Positions 7,546 to 16,281 of a DNA stretch of 27,203 bases are shown one piece after another. Position numbers and translations under genes: made by a program. The DNA lies in the IMG/VR virus record IMGVR_UViG_3300031851_005311, positions 1 through 27,203 of that record. The stretch is one strand, 5' to 3'. The stretch's first letter is position 1. The number at the start of each line of letters is the position of its first letter. Below the pieces are notes generated by a model that did not search any database, was not told the origin of the DNA, and was given only the letters and a program-made list of their open reading frames with translations. The stretch is from a virus. Its lineage: Duplodnaviria; Caudoviricetes.

Positions 7546-10079
7546 GATACAAGAATCCATTTCCCGCTGGCGTAAAGTTGCCAGAGATCAGCATCCCAGA
7601 TACGACTCTTCGCAGTTTAGGTTTAGGCGATGGTAGCTCTAATAAACAAATTCTATTTGAACTCACTCGCAAGGGTCTGAGGGAGAAAGGTATTGTAAAG
7701 TTAGAAAACAGAAAGGATTATTACGAACGCTCTAAGATGGAGTTGGATATTTTTGATGAGCTTGGGTTTGTTGATTATATCTTACTAAACTGGGATGTTC
7801 TTGATTTCTGTAAGAGTCAAAACATACCGACTGGCGCTGGTCGTGGTTCTGCCGCTGGTTCATTAGTTCTTTATTTACTTGGGGTCACCAATATTGATCC
7901 TATTGAATATGATTTATTCTTTGAGAGATTTGTCTCTAAGAGTAGAGCAAAGATGATTGAGTCAAATGGAGAGACATTTCTGGACGGCTCTCTTTTAGCT
8001 GATGTTGATAACGATATCTCCTATGATCGTCGAGCAGAGGTAATGGCGTATATTGAGGAGAAATACAAAGGTAAGACCTCCAAGATTTTAACCCTGAATA
8101 CTCTTAGTGGTAAGCTATGCATGAAAGAGTGCGGTAAGATCGTAGAAGGTCTGTCTGAGGTCGAGGTAAACCAAATTAGCGATACAATCCCTAAGCATTT
8201 TGGTAAGGTGGCAAAGCTGGAAGTAGCTTATGAAGAAAGCGAGTCCTTTAGGAACCATGCTGATAAGTATAAAAAATGTTTTAAAATAGCTAAGAAGGTT
8301 CAAGGTTTAATTAAGAATACGGGTGTTCATCCATCAGGAGTTTCTATTTGTTACTATAACCAGTCTGACATTATGCCTCTGCAAAAGACAAATGATGGAG
8401 CTTTGGTTTCTGGATATGATATGGATGATGTCGCTAGTCTCAGCGTTAAGTTTGATATCCTTGGTTTAAGGACTTTATCCGTTGTTAATGATGTATGTGA
8501 GCAGCTTCAGATTAACGTGAATGACATAAACCCTCATGACCCATCTATATACGCAGCTCTAGCTTCTCTACAGGCTCCGCAGGGGCTTTTTCAGATCGAG
8601 GCTGATACCAACTTCAAGGTGTGCCAGCAAATCTCTCCACAGAACTTAGAGCAGTTATCTGCGGTTGTGGCTATTGCTAGACCCGGGGCATTAGATTTTA
8701 AAGATAGGTATGCGGAGTATGTAAGGAGCGGTGATTTCCAATCAGTTCACGAATTCTTTGATGATATTCTCAGCTATACTGGTGGCATCCCTCTTTATCA
8801 AGAGCAGTTAATGAAGATGGTGGTTAAAGTGGGTTTTAGCCTCGATGAGTCTGAGCAGCTTCGTCGTATCGTCGGAAAGAAAAAGGTTGATCAAATGCCA
8901 GCATGGAAAGCTAAGATTGAAAAAAAGATAAGAGAGAGAAATCTTGATCCACTTATTGGGGAGGTGTTGTGGAAGGTTGCGGAGGATTCTGCGAACTATT
9001 CCTTTAATAAATCCCACTCAATTAGTTACGCTTACTTAGCGGCTATCACTGTTTATTTAAAATTTAATCATCCAAAAGAATTCTTCTTGAGTTTGCTTAA
9101 ATATACAAAGTATGAGCCGAATACTCACGAAGAGATTTCCAGAATTAGTCAAGAACTAAATAAGTTTGATATTGAACTTTTGCCTCCAGACTTGAATAAT
9201 TCCAAGGTTGACTTCTCTATTGAAGGTAAAAATATTAGATATGGACTGAATTCAATCAAAGGTGTTTCTGAGAAGGTTATTGAATCCCTTGTGGAGTTTA
9301 GAGAAGGAAGCTTTAGCAATAAGTATGAGGTGTTCATCGTTGCAAAACAAGCTGGTTTGAATATAGGTGTTCTATCAGGTCTTATTCAAGCTGGTTTACT
9401 CGATTCATTTGTAGACACAAACAGATGCAAGTTGGTTTTAGAAGCTCAAACATTCAACATCTTAACAGAAAGAGAGAAGAGAAACTTTATAGAGCTTGGT
9501 TCAAAACACAATTACAGTATTCTAGATAGTATCTTCTCTGCCAGAAAAGATGATCTGATGGGGGACGACAATAAAAAACTATTTTCGGATAGGCGTTTCG
9601 AGACATTCAAGAAGAAATATGGCCCATATAAAGAAATCTTTGAATTAAACAAAAAGTCTATTAAGTATGCAAACTGGCATTTCGAGCAGAAGTTGCTGGG
9701 GTATAGTTACTCCCACAACATCAGAGAGATATACGAAAACCCAGAAGAATTCCAAGATTCAGATCAAGTCAAACAAGTTATAGAGCGTTCAAATGTGAGA
9801 TTCACGGGTGTCTTAGTTGATTCCATTCGAAGAACCAGTCAGAACGGTAATAAATACGCTAGATTTGAGATACATGATGAAAAAGGTGTGGTTAATGGTC
9901 TTCTTTTAGATAGTAGTAGAGAAGAAAGATTGACAAACTTCCTTAATTCTGGTAAAAAACTACCCAAGAAGGAGGACGTAGTTATAATAACAGGTGTCAA
10001 AGGCGATGACATCGTATTTGTCAACAATATATCTTCCTTAAAAGATAAAATTTATATGAAACTTTCCCAACTAAAATAA
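7542..10079 (+). CDS. dnaE: DNA polymerase III alpha catalytic part (palm/thumb/fingers/HhH/OB), lacking PHP
   Basis: GRGSAAGSLV, LFFERF, catalytic ADVDND, GVHPSGV, KFDILGL, YQEQLM, YSFNKSHS, IRYGLNSIKGV, C-terminal OB fold. Confidence 0.95.
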   Translation: MRYKNPFPAGVKLPEISIPDTTLRSLGLGDGSSNKQILFELTRKGLREKGIVKLENRKDYYERSKMELDIFDELGFVDYILLNWDVLDFCKSQNIPTGAGRGSAAGSLVLYLLGVTNIDPIEYDLFFERFVSKSRAKMIESNGETFLDGSLLADVDNDISYDRRAEVMAYIEEKYKGKTSKILTLNTLSGKLCMKECGKIVEGLSEVEVNQISDTIPKHFGKVAKLEVAYEESESFRNHADKYKKCFKIAKKVQGLIKNTGVHPSGVSICYYNQSDIMPLQKTNDGALVSGYDMDDVASLSVKFDILGLRTLSVVNDVCEQLQINVNDINPHDPSIYAALASLQAPQGLFQIEADTNFKVCQQISPQNLEQLSAVVAIARPGALDFKDRYAEYVRSGDFQSVHEFFDDILSYTGGIPLYQEQLMKMVVKVGFSLDESEQLRRIVGKKKVDQMPAWKAKIEKKIRERNLDPLIGEVLWKVAEDSANYSFNKSHSISYAYLAAITVYLKFNHPKEFFLSLLKYTKYEPNTHEEISRISQELNKFDIELLPPDLNNSKVDFSIEGKNIRYGLNSIKGVSEKVIESLVEFREGSFSNKYEVFIVAKQAGLNIGVLSGLIQAGLLDSFVDTNRCKLVLEAQTFNILTEREKRNFIELGSKHNYSILDSIFSARKDDLMGDDNKKLFSDRRFETFKKKYGPYKEIFELNKKSIKYANWHFEQKLLGYSYSHNIREIYENPEEFQDSDQVKQVIERSNVRFTGVLVDSIRRTSQNGNKYARFEIHDEKGVVNGLLLDSSREERLTNFLNSGKKLPKKEDVVIITGVKGDDIVFVNNISSLKDKIYMKLSQLK

Positions 10080-10091
10080 GTGTAACTTATT
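10080..10091 (+). promoter_or_regulatory. GTGTAA motif directly upstream of the clp start (putative phage promoter)
   Basis: GTGTAA 10080-10085 then CTTATT-ATG; the same motif sits in the same position at three other genes. Confidence 0.45.
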
Positions 10092-12518
10092 ATGATGTTA
10101 CTAACTGAATTCAATTTAACGCCTAAAGCTAAAAAAGCTTTGAAGGATGCAAAGTTATTCGCAGAATCACAAGATCATGCTCTTATAAGGAATGAGCATT
10201 TAATTTACGGGTGCTTAACAAACATTTCCGACAGAGCTGGTCTACTTTTTGAGAGTAGAGGTATTGATTATACTCCTGAAAAATTTTTAAAAGCTTTCAA
10301 TAAGTTTTGTTCTGAAAATGAATTTCACTTTACAAGAAGTAAAAATCAAAACAAGTGGCATCAAGAGTTAAACGAATGCCTTCAGTCTGCTAAAGATTTT
10401 GCTTTTATCCATGAAGACCACTTCATTGGTATTGAGCATCTACTATATGTTTTGCTAGATTTTGATGAGTGCGTTTTCATGGAATATTTGTATGAGTCAG
10501 GTCTTGATGTTGAGTATCAAAAAGAAGTTATTCAAGATTTGATTACAGACAATAATATATCAAGCCACCCTCCAACAAATAAACTTAGTGACAAAGGGCA
10601 GACCCGCTATAAACCCAAACGTCAGACAGGGCATCAAGAGTTTGAGTTTGAACATATTGCAAAATACTGTAAAAATCTAAATCAACACGTTATCCTTAAT
10701 GATATTCCCCCGATCAGATCAAGAGATTCTGAGATTGAGGAAATGGTAGAGATTTTATCTAAAAAAAATAAAGGTAATGTTATTTTAACTGGTGAAGCTG
10801 GCGTTGGTAAGACAGCTATCGTAGAAGGATTGGTTCAGAAAATAATTCAGGATGAGGTTCCTGTTCATATGGCACTTACTCAAGTATTATCTCTAGATAT
10901 AACCTCTATGATTGCTGGGACGCAGTATAGAGGTCAGTTTGAAGAGAGGATCAAAGGCTTAATAAAGGAGTTGAGCATGCAAGAGAATGTCATTTTATTC
11001 ATTGATGAGATTCACACCATCGTTGGGGCTGGTTCTTCTACAGAAGGCTCTCTCGATGCTTCCAACATACTGAAGCCAGCATTAGCTAGAGGCGAGATTA
11101 AATGTATTGGGGCTACTACGTCGAAGGAGTATAAGGACATCTTCGAAAAGAGTGCTGCTCTTAAAAGGCGTTTTGATAAAATTAATATCGAAGAGCCTAG
11201 TAAAGAAGCCACTAGAGAAATGGTTAATTACTCTTTAGATCATTACGAGTCTTTTCATAATGTTAGATTCTCCAAGAAAAACATCGATGATATTTTAAAT
11301 TACTGTCACACTTACCTACCAAACAAAAGATTTCCAGATAAAGCTTTTGATATAATTGATCAGGTAGGAGCGAAAACAAAAATTAAAAACGACGTTCCCT
11401 CCGATAGCATAAAAGATATTAAGAATAATTTTAACGACTTAATGTCTCGCCCACAGAAACAAGAAGATATTGAGGAATATATAGATAGGTATGTAAAATC
11501 AATGGTTGAGTATGTGGATCAAAAACCAGACATTTGCAATGTTCACAAAGTGGATATACTGGACGTGTTTGAGCAGAAGACGGGTTTACCCCAAAAAGTC
11601 ATTAGCGAATCAAGCAAATCGTTTTCTTTATTTAGGCAAAAAATTAAACGTGATGTGTTTGGCCAAGACGAAATCGTTGAGAAAGTGTATGACTCGCTAT
11701 CTTGCGTAAAAGCTGGCCTTAATGACCCTAAAAAACCACTGACCAATTTCTTGTTTGTTGGGCCTACAAGCGTAGGTAAAACATTTACAGCGAAGAAGAT
11801 AGCTAAATACTTTTATGGTAACGAGCGGTCTTTTCTCCAGATTAATATGAGTGAATATCAGGATAAGACTGGTATATCTAAATTAATTGGTGCTAACGCT
11901 GGATATGTTGGTTATAATGAAGGCGGTATATTGACAGATTTTGTGAGGAATAATCCGAATTGCGTTGTTCTTTTTGACGAGATTGAAAAAGCTGATCCAA
12001 AGATACTAGACCTGCTTTTACATTTACTAGACGAGGGTTATATCTCAGATAACCTGCATAGAGATGTGGATTTCACCAATACAGTTGTTATTCTTACGAC
12101 GAATATTGGTCATGAAGAATCCACCAAAAGATCAATGGGCTTTGTAAATGATGATTTAAGTGAGCAGGAGTCCTATAAATTAAGTCTAAAAAAGAGTCTG
12201 CGTCCAGAGCTTGTAGCTAGATTAGAAAATGTTTTAGTGTTTAATAACCTTAACGATAAGACGCTCGTCAGTATTGTTGATTCTGAAATCAAAAAGATTC
12301 ACAGCAAGTTAAAAGACAGGAGCGTGGTATTGACAGTCAAAAAAGGCGTAAAAGAGTTTATTTTAAATAAGATTAAATCAGAAAAACTTAACGCTAGAAA
12401 CATAAAAACACTAGTTATTAAGCTGATTCAAGCTCCTCTAGCTAAATTTATCGTGGAGAATAATAAGATCAAAAAAATCTCAATTAAAGTAGTTGACAAA
12501 ACTATCAAAGTTCAGTAA
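10092..12518 (+). CDS. ClpA/ClpC-type Hsp100 AAA+ ATPase with two NBDs
   Basis: Two Clp-N repeats (EHLIYG, GIEHLLY), [48 protein letters not shown], and an MGF loop; no long ClpB coiled-coil M domain. Confidence 0.93.
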   Translation: MMLLTEFNLTPKAKKALKDAKLFAESQDHALIRNEHLIYGCLTNISDRAGLLFESRGIDYTPEKFLKAFNKFCSENEFHFTRSKNQNKWHQELNECLQSAKDFAFIHEDHFIGIEHLLYVLLDFDECVFMEYLYESGLDVEYQKEVIQDLITDNNISSHPPTNKLSDKGQTRYKPKRQTGHQEFEFEHIAKYCKNLNQHVILNDIPPIRSRDSEIEEMVEILSKKNKGNVILTGEAGVGKTAIVEGLVQKIIQDEVPVHMALTQVLSLDITSMIAGTQYRGQFEERIKGLIKELSMQENVILFIDEIHTIVGAGSSTEGSLDASNILKPALARGEIKCIGATTSKEYKDIFEKSAALKRRFDKINIEEPSKEATREMVNYSLDHYESFHNVRFSKKNIDDILNYCHTYLPNKRFPDKAFDIIDQVGAKTKIKNDVPSDSIKDIKNNFNDLMSRPQKQEDIEEYIDRYVKSMVEYVDQKPDICNVHKVDILDVFEQKTGLPQKVISESSKSFSLFRQKIKRDVFGQDEIVEKVYDSLSCVKAGLNDPKKPLTNFLFVGPTSVGKTFTAKKIAKYFYGNERSFLQINMSEYQDKTGISKLIGANAGYVGYNEGGILTDFVRNNPNCVVLFDEIEKADPKILDLLLHLLDEGYISDNLHRDVDFTNTVVILTTNIGHEESTKRSMGFVNDDLSEQESYKLSLKKSLRPELVARLENVLVFNNLNDKTLVSIVDSEIKKIHSKLKDRSVVLTVKKGVKEFILNKIKSEKLNARNIKTLVIKLIQAPLAKFIVENNKIKKISIKVVDKTIKVQ

Positions 12519-12524
12519 TATAAT
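12493..12524 (+). promoter_or_regulatory. strong sigma70-like promoter for the 71-aa gene
   Basis: TTGACA 12493-12498, 17 nt, TAATAT 12516-12521 (overlapping TATAAT 12519-12524); ATG at 12531. Confidence 0.7.
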
Positions 12525-12530
12525 CTCGAT

Positions 12531-12746
12531 ATGAATAAGAAAATTCTTAATGCAATTCGCAATACAAATGGTCGTTTTTTCGGCCTTTACACTAAGCAGG
12601 GTGAATCTCTCAATGCCCAGCTTCAATCCGAAACAGATCAAACAATTGTCATCTATGATCGCAATTTCAACCGTACTCGTCGTTTTTCTAAGGCAAGTAT
12701 CGCTGGGGTTCGCTCTGGATCGAAGACCTTCGGTAAGGTGAGATAA
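12531..12746 (+). CDS. small basic protein, probable Sm/Hfq-like or SH3-like beta barrel
   Basis: Helix LNAIR followed by LYTKQGESLNAQLQS...IVIYD...FSKASIAGV, aligning by eye with Hfq LNALR...IYLVNGIKLQGQIES...YKHAISTV; own promoter and terminator. Confidence 0.6.
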   Translation: MNKKILNAIRNTNGRFFGLYTKQGESLNAQLQSETDQTIVIYDRNFNRTRRFSKASIAGVRSGSKTFGKVR

Positions 12747-12773
12747 TTCATTTGGTGTTCTTTGTGATTGTTT

Positions 12774-12805
12774 AACCCACCCTTGAAAGAGGGTGGGTTT
12801 TTCTT
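12774..12805 (+). terminator. Rho-independent terminator
   Basis: Stem AACCCACCCT / AGGGTGGGTT (12774-12783 / 12790-12799), loop TGAAAG, followed by a T-rich tract. Confidence 0.9.
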
Positions 12806-12815
12806 ATTATAGGTT

Positions 12816-13877
12816 ATGGATATATTTAAAGGTAGGCTTTACACTCTCCCAACTAACAGAAAACCAGACCGCTCAGATAAAACTTTAATAAAAAAAGTTT
12901 TAGAAAAAGAAGGTCATTACATTTCTTTAGATCATTTAAAATTGATAAAAACAGGTGAGGATTATGATTTATTCTTTATAAGAACAGACGACAAATTCTA
13001 TTCTTTAAAGCTTTCCTTTGATAGCAATAACGAATCATTAAAAAGAGAGCTTGATCTTGTTAAGCAATTAGATTGCGAAAGTGTCCCTAGTTTTGTTGGA
13101 GGTGGTAATGTCACGGTTGGTGATAAATTATTTTACTTACTTTGTGAAACCCACCCTTCTGAACCTGTTACTGATTATGGTATTGGCTCTTTATCTGGAG
13201 ACTTTATTAAATTTTTAAAAGACTATTCTGAGCTTTATAACAGCCACCCAAGCGACTACTCTTTTAAGCAGCAAACAAAAGATTTTATAGAATCTTTAGA
13301 TTTAGGTAATCTATTTTCGGGAGACGAGGTAAAACATATCGATGCGAATTCAGATTACTTAAAATGTAGGAATATTATAAGTAACTTAAGTAGTGAAGTA
13401 TTAAATTTAATTAATAAAATTGATTACCCTTTTAGCAATAATATTATTGCAGACATAGATACCTCCTACATATTTTACAATGGGTTAGATTTTCAGTTTT
13501 TCGATTTAAAAAACTGTTGCAGAGGTCATATATTTTCCGACTTAGCAAATATTTCTCTAACTCTTGGATTTAGTAGAGATAATGAAAAAGACTTTGTAAC
13601 AAAATCTTGCAGCGAATTAAATATTGAATACGATCAAAATTTATTCTCAGCACTATATAATCTAGAGCTTAGGAAAAAAGCTTTAAAATTGTTTGTTTGT
13701 TACTTAAAAGAAATTTACCTTTATGAATCTCAAAGAATTGAAGAGATATTCAAGATCACACAAGAGTTCACGAAATCTTATGAAACTTATTGTAAAATAC
13801 CTATAATCAAAGAAAATAGACACTTTATATTTAAGAATATAACAGAACCTATTCTAGAAGAATCCCCTAAAAATTAA
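12816..13877 (+). CDS. APH/choline-kinase-like fold protein, possibly catalytically degenerate
   Basis: YSLKLS...LKRELDLVKQL..VP N-lobe; IIADIDTSYIFY...FFDLKNCCRGHIFSDLA corresponds to HGDLxxxNI...IDFE...GxxxxDLA. Confidence 0.55.
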   Translation: MDIFKGRLYTLPTNRKPDRSDKTLIKKVLEKEGHYISLDHLKLIKTGEDYDLFFIRTDDKFYSLKLSFDSNNESLKRELDLVKQLDCESVPSFVGGGNVTVGDKLFYLLCETHPSEPVTDYGIGSLSGDFIKFLKDYSELYNSHPSDYSFKQQTKDFIESLDLGNLFSGDEVKHIDANSDYLKCRNIISNLSSEVLNLINKIDYPFSNNIIADIDTSYIFYNGLDFQFFDLKNCCRGHIFSDLANISLTLGFSRDNEKDFVTKSCSELNIEYDQNLFSALYNLELRKKALKLFVCYLKEIYLYESQRIEEIFKITQEFTKSYETYCKIPIIKENRHFIFKNITEPILEESPKN

Positions 13878-13910
13878 TTGAATTACTGATAACATTTTAT
13901 ACTATCAGTA
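13878..13910 (+). promoter_or_regulatory. promoter-like site overlapped by an 8-bp inverted repeat
   Basis: TTGAAT 13878-13883, 16 nt, TACTAT 13900-13905; TACTGATA (13884-13891) N11 TATCAGTA (13903-13910), whose last A is the A of the ATG. Confidence 0.45.
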
Positions 13911-14392
13911 TGATTGTTCAGCTTTACAAGCCAAACCCTAGAAACACTGGTTATGCTTTTAGTTTTGATATTGGCACTACAAATCAAACTCAAGAACCAT
14001 GTGTTTATGTCCGTGCAGTTAGACAGCACTCTTGGAACAGCAAGAAAAGAACTGGCTCTTTTTCTGAGAATGCTAAAAATCCAGAGAACTCAATTTCTAT
14101 TAAAATTAACGAGATAGAAATGGGGGGCATAATCAATGCCATCGAGAACAAGACTGAGTTTTCAGCTTATCATTCTTACGAGGAGAATAAAACACAAATA
14201 TCTTTCAAGCCTTATCAGAAGAAAGATGGTAATCAAGCGTTTTCTTTTGGAGTCACTAGAAACTCGACTAATAAGTTCGGTATTGGTGTGGAAGTTTCAG
14301 AAGCTTATTGTCTTCTAGAGTTTTTAAGGTTCACTCTCCAAGAAATTTACGCATTTCGTTTCACCAGAAACGAGAAGCTTAAAAACAAGTAA
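13910..14392 (+). CDS. Whirly/PC4-fold single-stranded DNA-binding protein
   Basis: Two beta-sheet+helix repeats; VRQHSWNSKK, IKINEIEMGGII, AYHS, FSFGV, IGVEVSEAYCL resemble plant Whirly VRQYDWSRK, FSLSVTEIGSII, FFHD, FNLSV, IPVTKAEFAVL (recalled, not searched). Confidence 0.6.
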   Translation: MIVQLYKPNPRNTGYAFSFDIGTTNQTQEPCVYVRAVRQHSWNSKKRTGSFSENAKNPENSISIKINEIEMGGIINAIENKTEFSAYHSYEENKTQISFKPYQKKDGNQAFSFGVTRNSTNKFGIGVEVSEAYCLLEFLRFTLQEIYAFRFTRNEKLKNK

Positions 14393-16281
14393 TGAAAAAG
14401 AAAGTTTTATTCCATTCTAATTTTTGTAGAGCCTTCACAGGTTTTGGCAAAAACAAAAAAAACATTCTAAGGTATCTTTATGATACTGGTAAGTATGAGT
14501 TAATTGAATTAGCTAATGGTAAACAGTGGAACGATCCACAATGTAACGCTATGCCTTGGAAGTGTGTTGGAGCCATGCCCAACCCAGCTTCTATTCAAGG
14601 AATGGACGATTCTCAGAAAAGGGCTGAAGGTTATGGACTTTCCGCTGTTGATAGAGCGGTTAAAGAATTTAAGCCTGATGTTTATATCGGAATGGAAGAT
14701 ATTTGGGCATTTAGAGATTATCATAAAAAGCCTTGGTGGAATAAGATTAACACAATGGTTTGGACTACCTTAGATAGTTTACCTATTCTTCCCCAAGCTA
14801 TTGAGTACGCCTCTAAAACTAAAAACTATTTTGTTTGGGCTAGTTTCGCAGAGAAGGCCATGAATGAAATGGGGTACGATAATGTTAAAACCCTTAGAGG
14901 TTCATTAGATCATAAAAACTTTTTCAGACTTTCGGACGAAGATAGATCAAAGCTCAGAAGCTTTCATAATTTAAAAGACGAATTTATTATTGGTTTTGTT
15001 TTCAGGAATCAACTCAGGAAAAGTGTGCCTAATATTTTAGATGGCTTTAAATTATTTAAAGATGCTAATCCAGACTCTAAACCCAAATTGTTTTTACATA
15101 CACATTGGTCAGAGGGGTGGAACATTGGTAATCTTATTAAGGAAAAAGGTATAGATCCATCTGACATTCTGACAACTTATGTTTGCAAAAATTGTGGAAC
15201 TTACCACATTGCGAACTTCCGAGGTCAAGAACAAGACTGTAATACTTGTGGGGGTAAAGGCTCTGTGAACACAACAAACACAGGTAAAGGTGTAACGGAG
15301 CAACAACTCAACGAAATTTACAACCTAATGGATGTATATTGCCACCCATTTACCAGCGGTGGGCAGGAAATCCCAATTCAAGAAGCGAAACTCACAGAGC
15401 TTGTCACGTTAGTCACGAACTATTCTTGTGGAGAAGATAATTGCACAGAAGAGAGCGGCGGTTTACCATTAGAATGGAACGAGTATAGAGAACCCGGAAC
15501 TCAATTCATTAAAGCTTCTACTTGTCCTAAATCTATTCTGAAACAACTGCAAAAGACTTACGATATGAGTTTATCTGATAAAGAAGTCTTAGGTAAAAGA
15601 GCTAGGCAGTGGGCTATAGACCATTTTTCTATTGATGTTATTGGCAAACAACTTGAGGATATTCTCGATAATATGCCTGAAGTAGATTATAATTATGATT
15701 CTGAATATCGAAAGATGAACCCGGATTACGTTCCAGAAGACGGGATGAATGCCGATAAGTTTCTTATTGATATCCACAAAAACATCCTAGACGAAGACAT
15801 AGATTCTAATTCGATGTCATTCAAACATTGGGTAGCTAAATTAAAAGCAGGAGAAAAGGCTGTTGATATTTTAAATCATTTTAAAAAAATAGCTTTTAAT
15901 TACAATAAAGAACAATCCAAACCTTCTTTAGATAATCTTTTGGGTGAAGAGGATAGAGACAATAGAATAGCCATCGTTATTCCAGACTCTGAAACAGATG
16001 TTTTGCTTATTAACTCTCTTTTACAAGAGTTTAAAGAAACCTATAAGGATTATAATATCTACGTTTTTACAAAACCAGAGAATTATCAGTATATAGAAGA
16101 CAGCCCTTACTTATTTAAGATTCTACCTTATACACCTCAGTTAGAAAACTCTTTGTATATGGAGGGTGTTTCGGAAAATAACGGTTTATTCGAAATGGTT
16201 TTCCACCCGAATGCAACAACTCAAAAAAGTCTATGCTTTACCCATAATGGTAAAGATGAAACACAATTTTCTTTTGTATAA
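14392..16281 (+). CDS. multidomain glycosyltransferase: GT4-like GT-B with inserted CxxC/CxxC, DUF4214-like helices and a GT9-like N-terminal half at the C-terminus
   Basis: TGFG, EFKPDVYI, FIIGFVFRNQLRK, LNEIYNLMDVYCHPFTSGGQEIPIQEAK; CKNC...CNTC; FLIDIHKNIL...HWVAKL; RIAIVIP...DVLLINSLL...IEDSPYL. Confidence 0.85.
   Translation: MKKKVLFHSNFCRAFTGFGKNKKNILRYLYDTGKYELIELANGKQWNDPQCNAMPWKCVGAMPNPASIQGMDDSQKRAEGYGLSAVDRAVKEFKPDVYIGMEDIWAFRDYHKKPWWNKINTMVWTTLDSLPILPQAIEYASKTKNYFVWASFAEKAMNEMGYDNVKTLRGSLDHKNFFRLSDEDRSKLRSFHNLKDEFIIGFVFRNQLRKSVPNILDGFKLFKDANPDSKPKLFLHTHWSEGWNIGNLIKEKGIDPSDILTTYVCKNCGTYHIANFRGQEQDCNTCGGKGSVNTTNTGKGVTEQQLNEIYNLMDVYCHPFTSGGQEIPIQEAKLTELVTLVTNYSCGEDNCTEESGGLPLEWNEYREPGTQFIKASTCPKSILKQLQKTYDMSLSDKEVLGKRARQWAIDHFSIDVIGKQLEDILDNMPEVDYNYDSEYRKMNPDYVPEDGMNADKFLIDIHKNILDEDIDSNSMSFKHWVAKLKAGEKAVDILNHFKKIAFNYNKEQSKPSLDNLLGEEDRDNRIAIVIPDSETDVLLINSLLQEFKETYKDYNIYVFTKPENYQYIEDSPYLFKILPYTPQLENSLYMEGVSENNGLFEMVFHPNATTQKSLCFTHNGKDETQFSFV

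Noticed and set aside
6890-7570. Split intein or pseudogene explanation for fragmented dnaE
   Set aside because: No intein terminal motifs at the ends; each piece is an intact domain with its own start in an ATGA overlap.
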